Made by a program: the position numbers and the translations under genes
Part shown: positions 24,117 through 33,772 of the stretch, piece after piece
Numbering within the stretch: position 1 is the stretch's first letter
How the letters are laid out: the number at the start of each line of letters is the position of its first letter
DNA from: an uncultured Chloroflexia bacterium
GTDB lineage: Bacteria > Chloroflexota > Anaerolineae > B4-G1 > SLSP01
DNA length: 64,000 bases
Direction: 5' to 3'
Assembly: GCA_963751345.1 (NCBI GenBank)
Contig: CAVVUS010000027.1
Coordinates: 32,001 to 96,000, forward strand
Notes under the pieces: model-generated
The model's database searches: none
What the model was told of the DNA's origin: nothing
Seen by the model: the letters and a program-made list of their open reading frames with translations, nothing else

Positions 24117-24817
24117 CGGGCCTGGGGTGCCGCGTATAGGTTGTGCGAGGCCAGGTAGCGGGCAATCGCCGGGGTCAGAATGCCCCGGTAAGCCAGCGCC
24201 TCGGGAGAGACCCCCTCGGATAGAAGCCGCCTGACGTCAGTCGCGGAGATATCGGGGGTACTTACCTCGTCGAGCAGGATAACCTGCGCGTCCGTCCGTT
24301 TCATCGAGGCGACAAAGCGGGCGTTACGAACATATCCGGGCCGAGGGCAGATCGCGAGCGAGGCCAGCCGCAAAATGACGTCGGGCCGGTACCAGCGACC
24401 GAATTGTGGATCGGGTCCTGAGACCAATTCGCTGCTGATGAGAAAGATCAGACCCGTGCCGGGTGCGGATCGCAGCTTGAGTAACGCCAACGTCTCCGCC
24501 GTGTAGTTTGGCCCCGATCGTCCCTGCCCCAACTCGGCTTCAATTGCGCTGGCGCACACGCGCTCCTGCCTGAAGCCCAAGGCTTCGGCGATCTCTACCG
24601 ATGCCAGGGCACACATCGTGAGGCGATGGGGATAGGTGTCGGGAATCCGCTGCTTGACGGCGCCTACCGGATTGCGGCGATAGACCGGCACCAGAAGCAC
24701 CTGACCAATCTCGAGCCCTCTGTCGATCAGGCAACGGGCTGACTGCGTCACGGTTTCCACGTGACCGGCGTGCACCGGATCGGCGGAAAGCCCGAAGATC
24801 AGCGTGTGAGCCGCCAC
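24113..24817 (-). CDS. nadD: Nicotinate-nucleotide adenylyltransferase-like protein
   Basis: FGLSADPVHAGH (HxGH), YTAETL, ISATDVR; next to nadCAB. Confidence 0.7.
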   Translation of the reverse strand: MAAHTLIFGLSADPVHAGHVETVTQSARCLIDRGLEIGQVLLVPVYRRNPVGAVKQRIPDTYPHRLTMCALASVEIAEALGFRQERVCASAIEAELGQGRSGPNYTAETLALLKLRSAPGTGLIFLISSELVSGPDPQFGRWYRPDVILRLASLAICPRPGYVRNARFVASMKRTDAQVILLDEVSTPDISATDVRRLLSEGVSPEALAYRGILTPAIARYLASHNLYAAPQAR

Positions 24818-24972
24818 TAGCTATACCGAGACCCTACAGGCAACAGACGCTGGACCGTGCCTGGTGCAACACCCATGGAGATCCTCGCGAACCCTGCAGC
24901 TAAGTGAATCACCGTCGCACACAGTGTGCGCATCGGTGGAAGTCGGCCCCAAGAGGCTCACCTCTTCCGCCA

Positions 24973-26400
24973 CTATGCCACACCGGAGCGCTCTAGCTCA
25001 TCCCGCACAAGCCGGGCCATCGCCCGCGCCCGCGCAGGTGCATCCCCAATGTGCTCACGAGCGTCGAGGAGCGCCGTCACGCTATCCTTCGGAAAAAAGC
25101 GCAGCACCTGCGGGTCCCGGCTCAACAGGTCCGGCAGAGGGTTGCTGCGCCCATCCCCCGTCTGGATGGTCTCCCAGGCTGCCATCGCGTGCCCGCGGAT
25201 GACCTCGTGCATCTCCTGCCGATCCGCGCCCGCGTTCACCAGTGCCATCAAAAGGCGCTCTGTTGCAGCAAAATCGCCGTATAGCGCGAGGTTTCGGGCG
25301 ATCGCGCCGTCGTAGATCCTCAGATCACCCAGGATCACCTGGGCTGTGCTCAGGAGCTCATCGGTGGCGAGGAACGCGGTAGGAAGCACCTCCCGCCGAT
25401 TGCCCGAGTCGTCGAGCGTGCGCTCCAACAAGCAATGCGCGGCGTTGTCCCAGGCAACGCGGGGAAGGGCGGCGACATAGCGAGCCAGCGAGTCGATATT
25501 CTCAGAACGTACAGGGTTGCGCTTGAACGGCATCGCGGACGACCCTACCTGGCGCTTCCCAAAGGGCTCGCTCCACTCCCCAAACGAGGGAGACTGCAGC
25601 AACCGGAGATCGAAGGCAAACTTATAGAGAGAGCCCGCCAGGCCCGCCAGTGCGTTGAGAACCAGCCAATCCTGCTTGCGCGGATAGACCTGGGTGGCGA
25701 CGGGGAAGGGCACCAGATCTAACGCCGCCATCACGTGAGCCTCCAGAGCGTCAGGGGAGACATCGGTGCCGGCCAACAGCGCCCCGTAAGAGGCCGACGT
25801 CCCCACTGCTCCCTTGATCCCCTTGCCCCGCAGATGATGACGCACCCGTAGGAGCTCGTCGAAGTCCATCAGCAGATCTTGGGCATACTGCGCGAGGCGG
25901 TAGCCCACGGTGGTCGGTTCGGCAGGCTGGATATGGGTAAAGGCCATGCAAACCTGATCCGATCGCGCGTCGACCAGTCCGACCAGAGTCTCCAGAAGCC
26001 GGCGCAGCGCGGAAAGGACGAGATCAAGCGACTCACGGATCCGCAGCACCTCCATGTTGTCGGAGATGTCCATGCTGGTGGCGCCGAGATGGATGATCCC
26101 ACCGCCGATCCGGCACTGCTCGGCGAAAGTCCTCACCTCCGCCATCAGATCGTGGTGGATTTGCTCCTCGATCTCCGCTGCACGCGCAATGTCGATATCG
26201 TCCTGGTGAGCACGTAGATCGGCAAGCTGCTCGGCGGTCACCAGCCCGGCCCGGTACTGAGCTGCCGCCAGGGCTACCCAGATCCGCCGGAATAGGCGTC
26301 GCTTGTGTGCTTCCGACCAGATGGTGTGCATCGCATCACTGCCATATCGCCACGTGAAGGGCGAGAGATACGTATCGTGCGAAAACGTGAGCTGGGGCAT
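24973..26400 (-). CDS. purB: Adenylosuccinate lyase
   Basis: HDLMA, IHLGATS, THIQPAEPTT, GSSAMPFKRNP signature. Confidence 0.95.
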   Translation of the reverse strand: MPQLTFSHDTYLSPFTWRYGSDAMHTIWSEAHKRRLFRRIWVALAAAQYRAGLVTAEQLADLRAHQDDIDIARAAEIEEQIHHDLMAEVRTFAEQCRIGGGIIHLGATSMDISDNMEVLRIRESLDLVLSALRRLLETLVGLVDARSDQVCMAFTHIQPAEPTTVGYRLAQYAQDLLMDFDELLRVRHHLRGKGIKGAVGTSASYGALLAGTDVSPDALEAHVMAALDLVPFPVATQVYPRKQDWLVLNALAGLAGSLYKFAFDLRLLQSPSFGEWSEPFGKRQVGSSAMPFKRNPVRSENIDSLARYVAALPRVAWDNAAHCLLERTLDDSGNRREVLPTAFLATDELLSTAQVILGDLRIYDGAIARNLALYGDFAATERLLMALVNAGADRQEMHEVIRGHAMAAWETIQTGDGRSNPLPDLLSRDPQVLRFFPKDSVTALLDAREHIGDAPARARAMARLVRDELERSGVA

Positions 26401-26418
26401 ACGGAACTCCTTGTCTGC

Positions 26419-27687
26419 CTACATCACGATGATCTGATCGCGCTCCGGACCCACCGAGATGAAGCGCACGGGCACGCCGGCAAGCTCGCCGATCCGATTG
26501 ACATAGGCTTGCGCCTCTCCGGGGAGATCATCCCAGGTGCGCACCTTGCTGGTGTCGGCCAGCCAACCGGACCACACCTCATAGATCGGCTCGACCTGCT
26601 CCTGGATCGCGGTATCCGGCACATAGTCCAGCACCTGCTCTCCCAGCCGATACCCCACGCAGAGCTGCAGGGTCTCGAAGTGGTCGAGTATGTCCAGTTT
26701 GGTCACGGCAATGCCGGTGAACCCGTTCAGCCAACTCGCATAGCCAATCGCTACCCCATCAAACCACCCACACCGGCGGGGCCTGCCCGTCGTCGCACCG
26801 AACTCCTGGCCTATATCCTGCAGCTTCTCGCCGGTCTGGTCGGTCAGTTCGGTGGGGAAGGGCCCTCCACCGACCGAGGTCGAATACGCCTTGACGATAC
26901 CGAGCACGTCATCGATGGCGCGGGGCGGAATACCTGCGCCGACGCATCCCCCTCCCGCCGTGGGAGAGGATGAGGTCGTGTAGGGGTAGATCCCCCAATC
27001 GAGGTCCCGCATCACACCCAACTGACCCTCCAGGACCACACGTTTTCCCGACCTCACGGCATCTCGCACGATTGGCAGCCCGTCGACGACGCGGTGGCCC
27101 AACTCCTGTCGCCACTCCGCGCAGATGGCCATCAAACCGTCGACCGTCACCTCCGGTATGCCGAAATAGGCGAGTTCGCGATTCTTCGGGGGCACGAGCA
27201 TCTCCAGGCGCGTGCGCAGCCGATCGGGGTCGAGGATGTCGCCCACGCGAATGCCCTGGCGCGAAGCCTTGTCCGCGTAGACAGGCCCGATACCGCGTTT
27301 GGTCGTCCCGACCTCCCACCCCTCTTTGCGGGCAGCTTCCTCCGCACCGTCCAACTGGCGGTGGAACGGCAGGATCACGTGCGCGCGGCGATCGACGACG
27401 AGGTTACCGACGTCGACGCCAGCCTCGGTTAAGAGCGCCAGCTCATCGGAGAGTGTGTCGAAGTTCACCACCGCCCCGGTCCCAATCAGGCACTGCGTGG
27501 CCGGGTTGAAAATCCCCGAGGGCACCAAGTGTAGTGCAAACTTGCCATAATCGTTGACCACTGTATGGCCCGCGTTGTCGCCCCCCTGGAACCGAACGAC
27601 CAGGTCAGCGCGCTGACCCAGATAGTCGACGATACGCCCTTTGCCCTCATCGCCCCACTGCGCTCCCACCACTGCCGTTACTGGCAT
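26419..27687 (-). CDS. purA: Adenylosuccinate synthetase
   Basis: [39 protein letters not shown]. Confidence 0.95.
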   Translation of the reverse strand: MPVTAVVGAQWGDEGKGRIVDYLGQRADLVVRFQGGDNAGHTVVNDYGKFALHLVPSGIFNPATQCLIGTGAVVNFDTLSDELALLTEAGVDVGNLVVDRRAHVILPFHRQLDGAEEAARKEGWEVGTTKRGIGPVYADKASRQGIRVGDILDPDRLRTRLEMLVPPKNRELAYFGIPEVTVDGLMAICAEWRQELGHRVVDGLPIVRDAVRSGKRVVLEGQLGVMRDLDWGIYPYTTSSSPTAGGGCVGAGIPPRAIDDVLGIVKAYSTSVGGGPFPTELTDQTGEKLQDIGQEFGATTGRPRRCGWFDGVAIGYASWLNGFTGIAVTKLDILDHFETLQLCVGYRLGEQVLDYVPDTAIQEQVEPIYEVWSGWLADTSKVRTWDDLPGEAQAYVNRIGELAGVPVRFISVGPERDQIIVM

Positions 27688-27974
27688 TTGAAACCTCCCG
27701 TCTCCAATAGGATCGACACGGCCGGACCCGTGACGCGATCCGGCCATGCCTATCGTTGTCTTTGAGGTTGGCGCGGGCCGCCATCCCGGTCGGCCCTGCC
27801 CACACCTACATTATAACCCCATTGCGCATCCTGCTAAACTCCCGGAAGGTGGTTCGCACGCCGCGCGATTGCCCCGCTCGTTGACCCGTGCCAGCCGCAG
27901 GCTAGAATAGGGTGACTGCGAGCCGAGTCATCTCGAATGTCCCAGCCCACTCCGCTCCCACGCGAGGAAAGTCC

Positions 27975-29582
27975 ATGACGCGTCGTGCGAAGTTGTCCAT
28001 CTATCTGTTCCTGAGCGTGTTCCTGGTGGCAGGCGCGGCCTGCGTGCCCACGTCGACGCCCGAGGTGATCGCGCCGGCTACCTCAGAGCCCGGCGTCGTC
28101 ACGATCGAACCGTCTGCCACGCCGCTGCCGGCATCGTCACCAACCTCGCGCCCATCGTCGCAGCCGACGTTGACGCCCGTCCCGTCGGTGGTGCCAGCCT
28201 CACCCACAGCGATTCCGACCGAGCCGGCCCAGTCCAGCCCATCACCGACGGCAAACGTCGCCCCCTCCCCTACGGCTGCACCCGAGCCGCCGGGTGACTT
28301 CTCCTCCCCCGACAGCAGGCTGAAGGTCTCCGAGACCAGCATCACGATTCCCACCTATGGATACGAGAGGGCCTTTCAGGCGACCACACCCGACGACCCC
28401 ATCTATCCCTATCCTAGAGTAGATCCGGGCAGCGTAACCCCGCCCGAGCCGCGTAGGTATCAGGCGATCATGCTCGAGAATGACTACGTCTCCCTGACCG
28501 TACTGCCCGAGTTGGGTGGAAGGATTTATCGCTGGATAGACAAGTCAACGGGATGTCACTTGCTGTACGAGAACCCGGTGGTCAAACCTACGCAATGGGG
28601 ATACCGGGGATGGTGGCTCGGGGCAGGAGGGATCGAATGGGCTTTCCCGGTGGAGGAGCACGGGCTGAATGAGTGGCGGCCCTGGTCCTACACGATCGAC
28701 CGCACTGACAATGGCTTTGAGGTCACCGTCTCGGATACCGAGGATCGCACGGGGATGGTCGTGGGCGCCACGATCGCCCTGGATGCCGACCACAGCTACG
28801 TCACGATCAGTCCGTGGGTCAAGAACGTGACCGACAGAGAACAGCGCTACCAATATTGGCTCAATGCAATGCTGGCGCTGGGCGACAACCACGTCTCGCC
28901 CAACACTCGCATTATCCTACCTGCAGATCAGGTCATCGTCCACTCCACGGGGGACGAGTCGCTTCCGGCTGCGTGGCAGCCCATGAGCTGGCCGATCTAT
29001 GAGGACCGCGATCTCAGCAGCTTGGGCACGTGGACCAATTACCTCGGGTTCTTTGTCCCGCAGGTGTCAGCCGGGTTTGTGGGACTCTACGATGAGGAGG
29101 CTGACCAGGGCATCGTGCGAAGCTTCACGCCCGGATCGCCTGCAGGCACCAAGGTCTTCGGCCCAGGCACGCTGCCCTCCTGGCTCTGGACGGACGACGA
29201 CAGCACCTACGTGGAGCTATGGAGTGGGATCACCCCCACCTTCGCGGACACCACGAGCCTCCAGCCGGGCGCATCGGTGACGTGGACCGAACGCTGGTAT
29301 CCGGTTCACGGCATCGGCACTCTGCAGATGGCCAACGCGTCCGCGGCGCTCAGCCTTGGCGAAGCGGATGGCACGGTGGTCGTCGGGGCAACCGCCACTT
29401 CCGCAACCGTGGGTAGTTTGCATCTCTATGTCGGAGGGAAAGTGGCCAACGCATGGGACCTAACACTTGTGCCGGGGGAGGCTTTCAGGACTTCACTGCC
29501 CCGGCAAGCCGCCGGAGCGTTGGGGCTCGCCTTGCTCACGACCGAGGGCGAGACGGTGGTCCAGATGGGATCCGTGCCCTGA
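27975..29582 (+). CDS. DUF5107-like lipoprotein with Pro/Ser/Thr linker
   Basis: Lipobox GAAC; LENDYVSLTVLPELGGRI, YENPVVKP, GGIEW motifs. Confidence 0.7.
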   Translation: MTRRAKLSIYLFLSVFLVAGAACVPTSTPEVIAPATSEPGVVTIEPSATPLPASSPTSRPSSQPTLTPVPSVVPASPTAIPTEPAQSSPSPTANVAPSPTAAPEPPGDFSSPDSRLKVSETSITIPTYGYERAFQATTPDDPIYPYPRVDPGSVTPPEPRRYQAIMLENDYVSLTVLPELGGRIYRWIDKSTGCHLLYENPVVKPTQWGYRGWWLGAGGIEWAFPVEEHGLNEWRPWSYTIDRTDNGFEVTVSDTEDRTGMVVGATIALDADHSYVTISPWVKNVTDREQRYQYWLNAMLALGDNHVSPNTRIILPADQVIVHSTGDESLPAAWQPMSWPIYEDRDLSSLGTWTNYLGFFVPQVSAGFVGLYDEEADQGIVRSFTPGSPAGTKVFGPGTLPSWLWTDDDSTYVELWSGITPTFADTTSLQPGASVTWTERWYPVHGIGTLQMANASAALSLGEADGTVVVGATATSATVGSLHLYVGGKVANAWDLTLVPGEAFRTSLPRQAAGALGLALLTTEGETVVQMGSVP

Positions 29583-29586
29583 GCAC

Positions 29587-30861
29587 TCAGCCTTTGCCGA
29601 GAAACCGCCGCAGCCAGGAAGTATGCTGTTTGTCCGGCTCGGGGCAATCAGCATCGTTGTCGGGATCCTGACCCGGCGGAGGACAATTCGCCAGGGCCCT
29701 GCGCGCGGCAATCGCGACGTGGCGCACCTCGTCGTCCTGTAGTTTGGTCAATGCTTGATGCACCTCGACGGTGCTCCCATCGAGAGAACTCAAGGCGTGC
29801 GCGAGCGCAGCACGCAGATAGGCATTGGTATCGTTGACAAAGGGCAGGAGCTTTTCGACCATCCGTGGGTCTCCCATGAGACCTAATGCCTCCACGGCGG
29901 CAGGGCGCACCAGGGGACTCCCATCATTGTGTGCCATCTCGAGCAGCCGAGACGAGGCTCCACGGTCCTTCAAAACGCCCAGGGTGACCGCAGCGGTGCG
30001 GCGCAGTCTGGGGTCCGGCTCATCCAGGAATGGACGGATAGCGGGGATCGCCTTCCGATATTCGAGCTGGCCGAGGCTCTTCAGCGCGGCGAGCTGGAGC
30101 GTCTTGCTCTTGTCGTCGTGAAGCGCCTCCAACAGGGCGGGGGCTGCTTGAGGATCTCCGATCCGACCCAGCGCCTTGGCCGTCAAGGAACGCACGCCAA
30201 CGTAGCCTCGCATCACCTCGATCAGGACCGGCACCGCCTCACTGGACTTGAGCTCGCCCAACGCACTGACGAGAGTCTTCACAACGGGCAGATCGCGCTG
30301 ATCCGGATTGAGCAAATAGGACTCGAGGATCGCCACCATATCCGGGACCGTGTCCGCCGCTTCCAGGCGCCGAAGCGCGATGATCGCGGTGCGGCGGATG
30401 CGAGGATCAGGTGTCTCCAGAAACGGGGCCAGCATTGAACCCAAATCGGGAAGCCCAAGCTTGCCGACCGCGTTGATGGCTGCACGCCGGACGTAGAAGT
30501 TGGAATCCTCCAGCGTCCTCAGGAGCGCTCCCTGCGCCTCTTTCGCCTGCATCTGACCGAGGCCGATCGCGGCTGCCCGACGAACGAAAGAACATGGATC
30601 GCGTAGCGCATCCATCAGAGGAAAAATGGCCCTGGCATCGCCTATCCGACCCAGGGCTTCCGCGCAGGCACTTCGAACGTAGGTATTGACGTCCTCTTGT
30701 AGGTGCTCCACGATCTCAGGCACGCTCTCCTGAGCGCCAAGCTTCCCCAAATCTTCGACTGCCTGGGATCGCAGCCTGGGATTTGGGCTTTCGAGGTTCT
30801 CAATGCAACGTTCGACAGCACCGCTTCGATCAGAAGTGTCGGTAAGGATCACGTTGTCCAC
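29587..30861 (-). CDS. HEAT-repeat (PBS lyase-like) protein
   Basis: Many VRxAAAxALGxIGD repeats. Confidence 0.85.
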   Translation of the reverse strand: MDNVILTDTSDRSGAVERCIENLESPNPRLRSQAVEDLGKLGAQESVPEIVEHLQEDVNTYVRSACAEALGRIGDARAIFPLMDALRDPCSFVRRAAAIGLGQMQAKEAQGALLRTLEDSNFYVRRAAINAVGKLGLPDLGSMLAPFLETPDPRIRRTAIIALRRLEAADTVPDMVAILESYLLNPDQRDLPVVKTLVSALGELKSSEAVPVLIEVMRGYVGVRSLTAKALGRIGDPQAAPALLEALHDDKSKTLQLAALKSLGQLEYRKAIPAIRPFLDEPDPRLRRTAAVTLGVLKDRGASSRLLEMAHNDGSPLVRPAAVEALGLMGDPRMVEKLLPFVNDTNAYLRAALAHALSSLDGSTVEVHQALTKLQDDEVRHVAIAARRALANCPPPGQDPDNDADCPEPDKQHTSWLRRFLGKG

Positions 30862-30949
30862 CCTTTGTTTTTGTAATGGCCCGTCTCTCGGTCGGGCAAG
30901 CCAAGTATATCACAAGGATAAAGAAAAACAACGACTAGAAAAATGGGCC

Positions 30950-30978
30950 TTGACAAGGCTTGGGGAGATCACTATAAT
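30950..30978 (+). promoter_or_regulatory. Perfect-consensus sigma70 promoter of the ftsK-like operon
   Basis: TTGACA (30950-55), 17 bp spacer, TATAAT (30973-78). Confidence 0.85.
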
Positions 30979-30983
30979 GAGAA

Positions 30984-31001
30984 ATAGAACATAAGTTCTA
31001 T
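30984..31001. promoter_or_regulatory. LexA (SOS) box, Gram-positive/Chloroflexota type
   Basis: ATAGAAC-ATAA-GTTCTAT palindrome matching GAAC-N4-GTTC, over the predicted transcription start. Confidence 0.85.
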
Positions 31002-31019
31002 ATCGGTCGAGGGAAACCT

Positions 31020-32120
31020 ATGGCTCAGAAGAAGCTTAGACCGTATCTGGAATATCAAGCCGACCGCGTCGAAGCGGTCCTCGCCGCCCACCGCGCTCCC
31101 GGGCGCGTCACCGGCGGCACCGTCGGCCCCCGCCTCATCCGCTTCTTCCTCAACCCCGACCCCGCCACCCGCTTCGCCGCCATCAAGCGCCTCGCCGACG
31201 ACCTCGCCCTCGCCATGCGCGTCTCCGCCCTCAACGTCGACCGCGACGAACACGGCGTCGTCCTCTCCTTCGCCAATCCCGATCCCAAGCCCGTCGAGCT
31301 GCTCGCCCTCCTCGACGATGTCCTCCCCATCCCCCCGGCTACCGCCGTCCTCGGCCTCACCGACGCCGGCCTCCCCCTCCTCGCCCGCCTCTCCGCCCCC
31401 GACGTCGCCCACGTCCTCGTCGCCGGCACCACCGGCTCCGGCAAGTCCGTGCTCCTGCGCACTATGGCCACCTCCCTCTGTCTCACCAACTCCCCGGCTG
31501 CCTTGCGCCTGCTGTGCATCGATCCCAAGGGCCGCACCTTCCGCTCGCTCGCTCCTGCTCCCCATCTCGCCCGCCCCATCATCTCCGATCCCCTCGAGGC
31601 CGTCGAGGCACTCCGCTCGCTCCTGCGCACCATGCAGGTCCGCGACCGCCGCGGCGAGCTCCCCGGTGAGGCTACCCCGCGCATCGTGGTCTGCATCGAC
31701 GAGCTTGCCGATCTGATCATGGCCGGCGGCGATCCGGTCGTCGAGACCCTCACCCGCCTCGCCCAACGCGGGCGCGAGGCCGGCATCCATCTGGTTGCCG
31801 CCACCCAGCATCCTGCCGCCGCGATTCTCGGCAGTCTCATGCGCGCCAACTTCCCCCTGCGCCTTATCGGGCGGGTCGCCTCCGCCCAGGATGCCCTGGT
31901 CGCCAGCGGGCGCGGCGGCACCGAGGCGCATCTGCTCCACGGGCGCGGTGACTTCCTCGCGGTCTCCGGTGGCGATCTGCCGATTCGTTTCCAGGTGGCC
32001 AATCTGCGCGAGCGCGACGTCCGCGCGCAGGTGGCGCAGGTGGGCACGCAGGACAGCGTGTTGGCCCTGCCTGTGCGTGACGCGTCACGCGTCTCGAAAG
32101 GATCCACCCATGCGACGTAG
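31020..32120 (+). CDS. Short FtsK/SpoIIIE-family ATPase (alpha + motor domains; no TM anchor, no gamma domain)
   Basis: GPRLIRF..IKRLADDLALAM (alpha domain), HVLVAGTTGSGKS (Walker A), IDPKG, IVVCIDELADL (Walker B), GIHLVAATQHP, LHGRGDFL. Confidence 0.9.
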   Translation: MAQKKLRPYLEYQADRVEAVLAAHRAPGRVTGGTVGPRLIRFFLNPDPATRFAAIKRLADDLALAMRVSALNVDRDEHGVVLSFANPDPKPVELLALLDDVLPIPPATAVLGLTDAGLPLLARLSAPDVAHVLVAGTTGSGKSVLLRTMATSLCLTNSPAALRLLCIDPKGRTFRSLAPAPHLARPIISDPLEAVEALRSLLRTMQVRDRRGELPGEATPRIVVCIDELADLIMAGGDPVVETLTRLAQRGREAGIHLVAATQHPAAAILGSLMRANFPLRLIGRVASAQDALVASGRGGTEAHLLHGRGDFLAVSGGDLPIRFQVANLRERDVRAQVAQVGTQDSVLALPVRDASRVSKGSTHAT

Positions 32121-32546
32121 ATACGTTGAGGATGAACCAGCGGCGTACGCGCCGCGCACGCCGCTGCGCGCCCGGCTGGCGCGCTTTTTCGGGCTGATGG
32201 GCGCGATCTTCGCCATCGCCATGGCCGTGATCGTCACCCAGAAGTTGAGCCACGACTCGCTGGCGCTCTTGATCGGGCTCACCTGCGGGGTGCTGGCGAT
32301 GCTGCCCACGCTGGCTCTGGGGGTCTTCATCTGGCGCCGCGAGGATGCCCGCCGTGCAGCAGCGTGAGCAGGCACAGCGCCAGCCCGCGTATCCGGCGAC
32401 TCCGCCGGTCATCGTGATCTCCCCTCAGGCTCTTGCCCGGATACGGGCCGCAGCAACCCGCATTTGGGCACCCTCAGTCAGAAGGATGGCCATGGGCCAG
32501 CGCCGAGAGTCAGCGCACTTTCACGATCGTTGGAGGTGAAGAATGA
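32110..32546 (+). CDS. Small 2-TM membrane protein with Pro-rich tail; apparent frameshifts near 32355 and 32435
   Basis: AAAGGA RBS, ATG overlapping the ftsK-like stop. Two hydrophobic helices; reconstructed tail PPVIVISPQAL...RTFTIVGGEE* overlaps next ATG (ATGA). Confidence 0.7.
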
Positions 32547-32794
32547 CATTGGCATCGGGAAAACTCAGCAAGAGAGAGCCGATCAACCTGATGGAGCGGC
32601 GGAACAACTACTTTCCCAAGCGCTTTGCGTGGCGTGGACGGCGCTACGACGTCTATACTGTCGAGCGCGCCTGGACAACGATGCGTCGCAAAGGAGCACA
32701 GCACTACTTCCGCGTACACTGCAGGGAGGGGACCTTTGATATCGTCGAGGACACTGGTCGCAAGACCTGGTACCTGACGGCGCAGGTAGCCTAG
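32543..32794 (+). CDS. Small DUF6504-like protein
   Basis: PKRFAWRGRRYDV...W...HYFRV...FDIVED...WYL pattern; GGAGGT RBS. Confidence 0.65.
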   Translation: MTLASGKLSKREPINLMERRNNYFPKRFAWRGRRYDVYTVERAWTTMRRKGAQHYFRVHCREGTFDIVEDTGRKTWYLTAQVA

Positions 32795-33747
32795 AGCCGC
32801 GTCAACTGTGCGACAAGCAGGTCAAGCGCCGCCTCGGAGGGAATCTCACCGCGCTTGATCGACAGATCGGTCTCCATGAGGACTCGGTAAGCCTCTCGCA
32901 GCTGATCCAGCGAGAATCGATCGGCCTGGGCGTGAATCTTCCGCACGACGTAAGGATGAAGCTTCAGCCGGGAGACGATCTGTTGTTGCGGTTGGTGCCG
33001 GTCGATCATCCAACGGACCTGGATCAGCAGTCGGAATTGCCGGACGATCATCCCAAAGATGCCCAGCGGGTGCTCGCCCACATCCAGCAGCCGGTGGAGA
33101 TCGGTTGCAGCACGCCGTGGATCGCGCTGGCCGAGCGCATCCACCATCTGAAAAATCACGTCGGCAGCCTGCACATAGGGCACCATCGTGTGCACGTCTT
33201 CTACAGTGATCTCACCCCGCTCACCGACATAGAGAAGCAGCTTCTGGATCTCCTGGTCGAGCAACTGTAGATTCCCCCCAATGTTCTGGGCCAGCATAGC
33301 TGCTGCGCGAGGCTCGATCTTGCCGCCGTACTGCGTCGTGCGCTCCCGAATCCACTGGGGCAACTCCCGTGCATCGGGCAGCACAAAGTGCTGGACTTTG
33401 ATCTCGACATCGTCATCCAGAGAGAAGACGGGGTGCCGCTTGGGCAAGGTCTTCCCCTCGTCGAAGATCAAGAGAGTTGTCGGGGGAACAACGGCGAGGA
33501 CGTCCACGATCTCGCGGGCGGCATCTCCGCGGGATGAGGACAATACATCCCGAGCGATCACGATCCTGACTTCACCCAAGAAGGGCATGACACTGCAGGC
33601 ACGGCGCAGGTCGCCCGGCCCCACGGGGCTATCGAGGATCTCCGTGTTCATATCGCGGAAATCCGCCGAAAGACCTGATTGCGCCACGATGGCCTCAAGT
33701 GCCTCGCGGCGCAATAGCGTGTTCTCACCATGCAGTACGAATAGCAT
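32791..33747 (-). CDS. holA: DNA polymerase III delta subunit
   Basis: LHGEN, PFLGEVRIVI, LDQEIQKL, IFQMVDAL, RQFRLL, TDLSIKRG. Confidence 0.85.
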   Translation of the reverse strand: MLFVLHGENTLLRREALEAIVAQSGLSADFRDMNTEILDSPVGPGDLRRACSVMPFLGEVRIVIARDVLSSSRGDAAREIVDVLAVVPPTTLLIFDEGKTLPKRHPVFSLDDDVEIKVQHFVLPDARELPQWIRERTTQYGGKIEPRAAAMLAQNIGGNLQLLDQEIQKLLLYVGERGEITVEDVHTMVPYVQAADVIFQMVDALGQRDPRRAATDLHRLLDVGEHPLGIFGMIVRQFRLLIQVRWMIDRHQPQQQIVSRLKLHPYVVRKIHAQADRFSLDQLREAYRVLMETDLSIKRGEIPSEAALDLLVAQLTRL

Positions 33748-33772
33748 AACTCCGACCGGTTGGGGCAGAGGC

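Noticed and set aside
27690-27815. Known purine or ZTP riboswitch upstream of purA
   Set aside because: Consensus nucleotides were not recognisable; kept only as an unassigned structured leader.
30972-32107. Long antisense ORFs over the ftsK-like gene
   Set aside because: A by-product of the extreme C-ending codon usage; translations are low-complexity with no motifs.
30950-32794. Integrated plasmid/ICE remnant
   Set aside because: No integrase, relaxase, rep gene, tRNA or flanking direct repeats were seen; the operon abuts holA with a 4-bp stop overlap.
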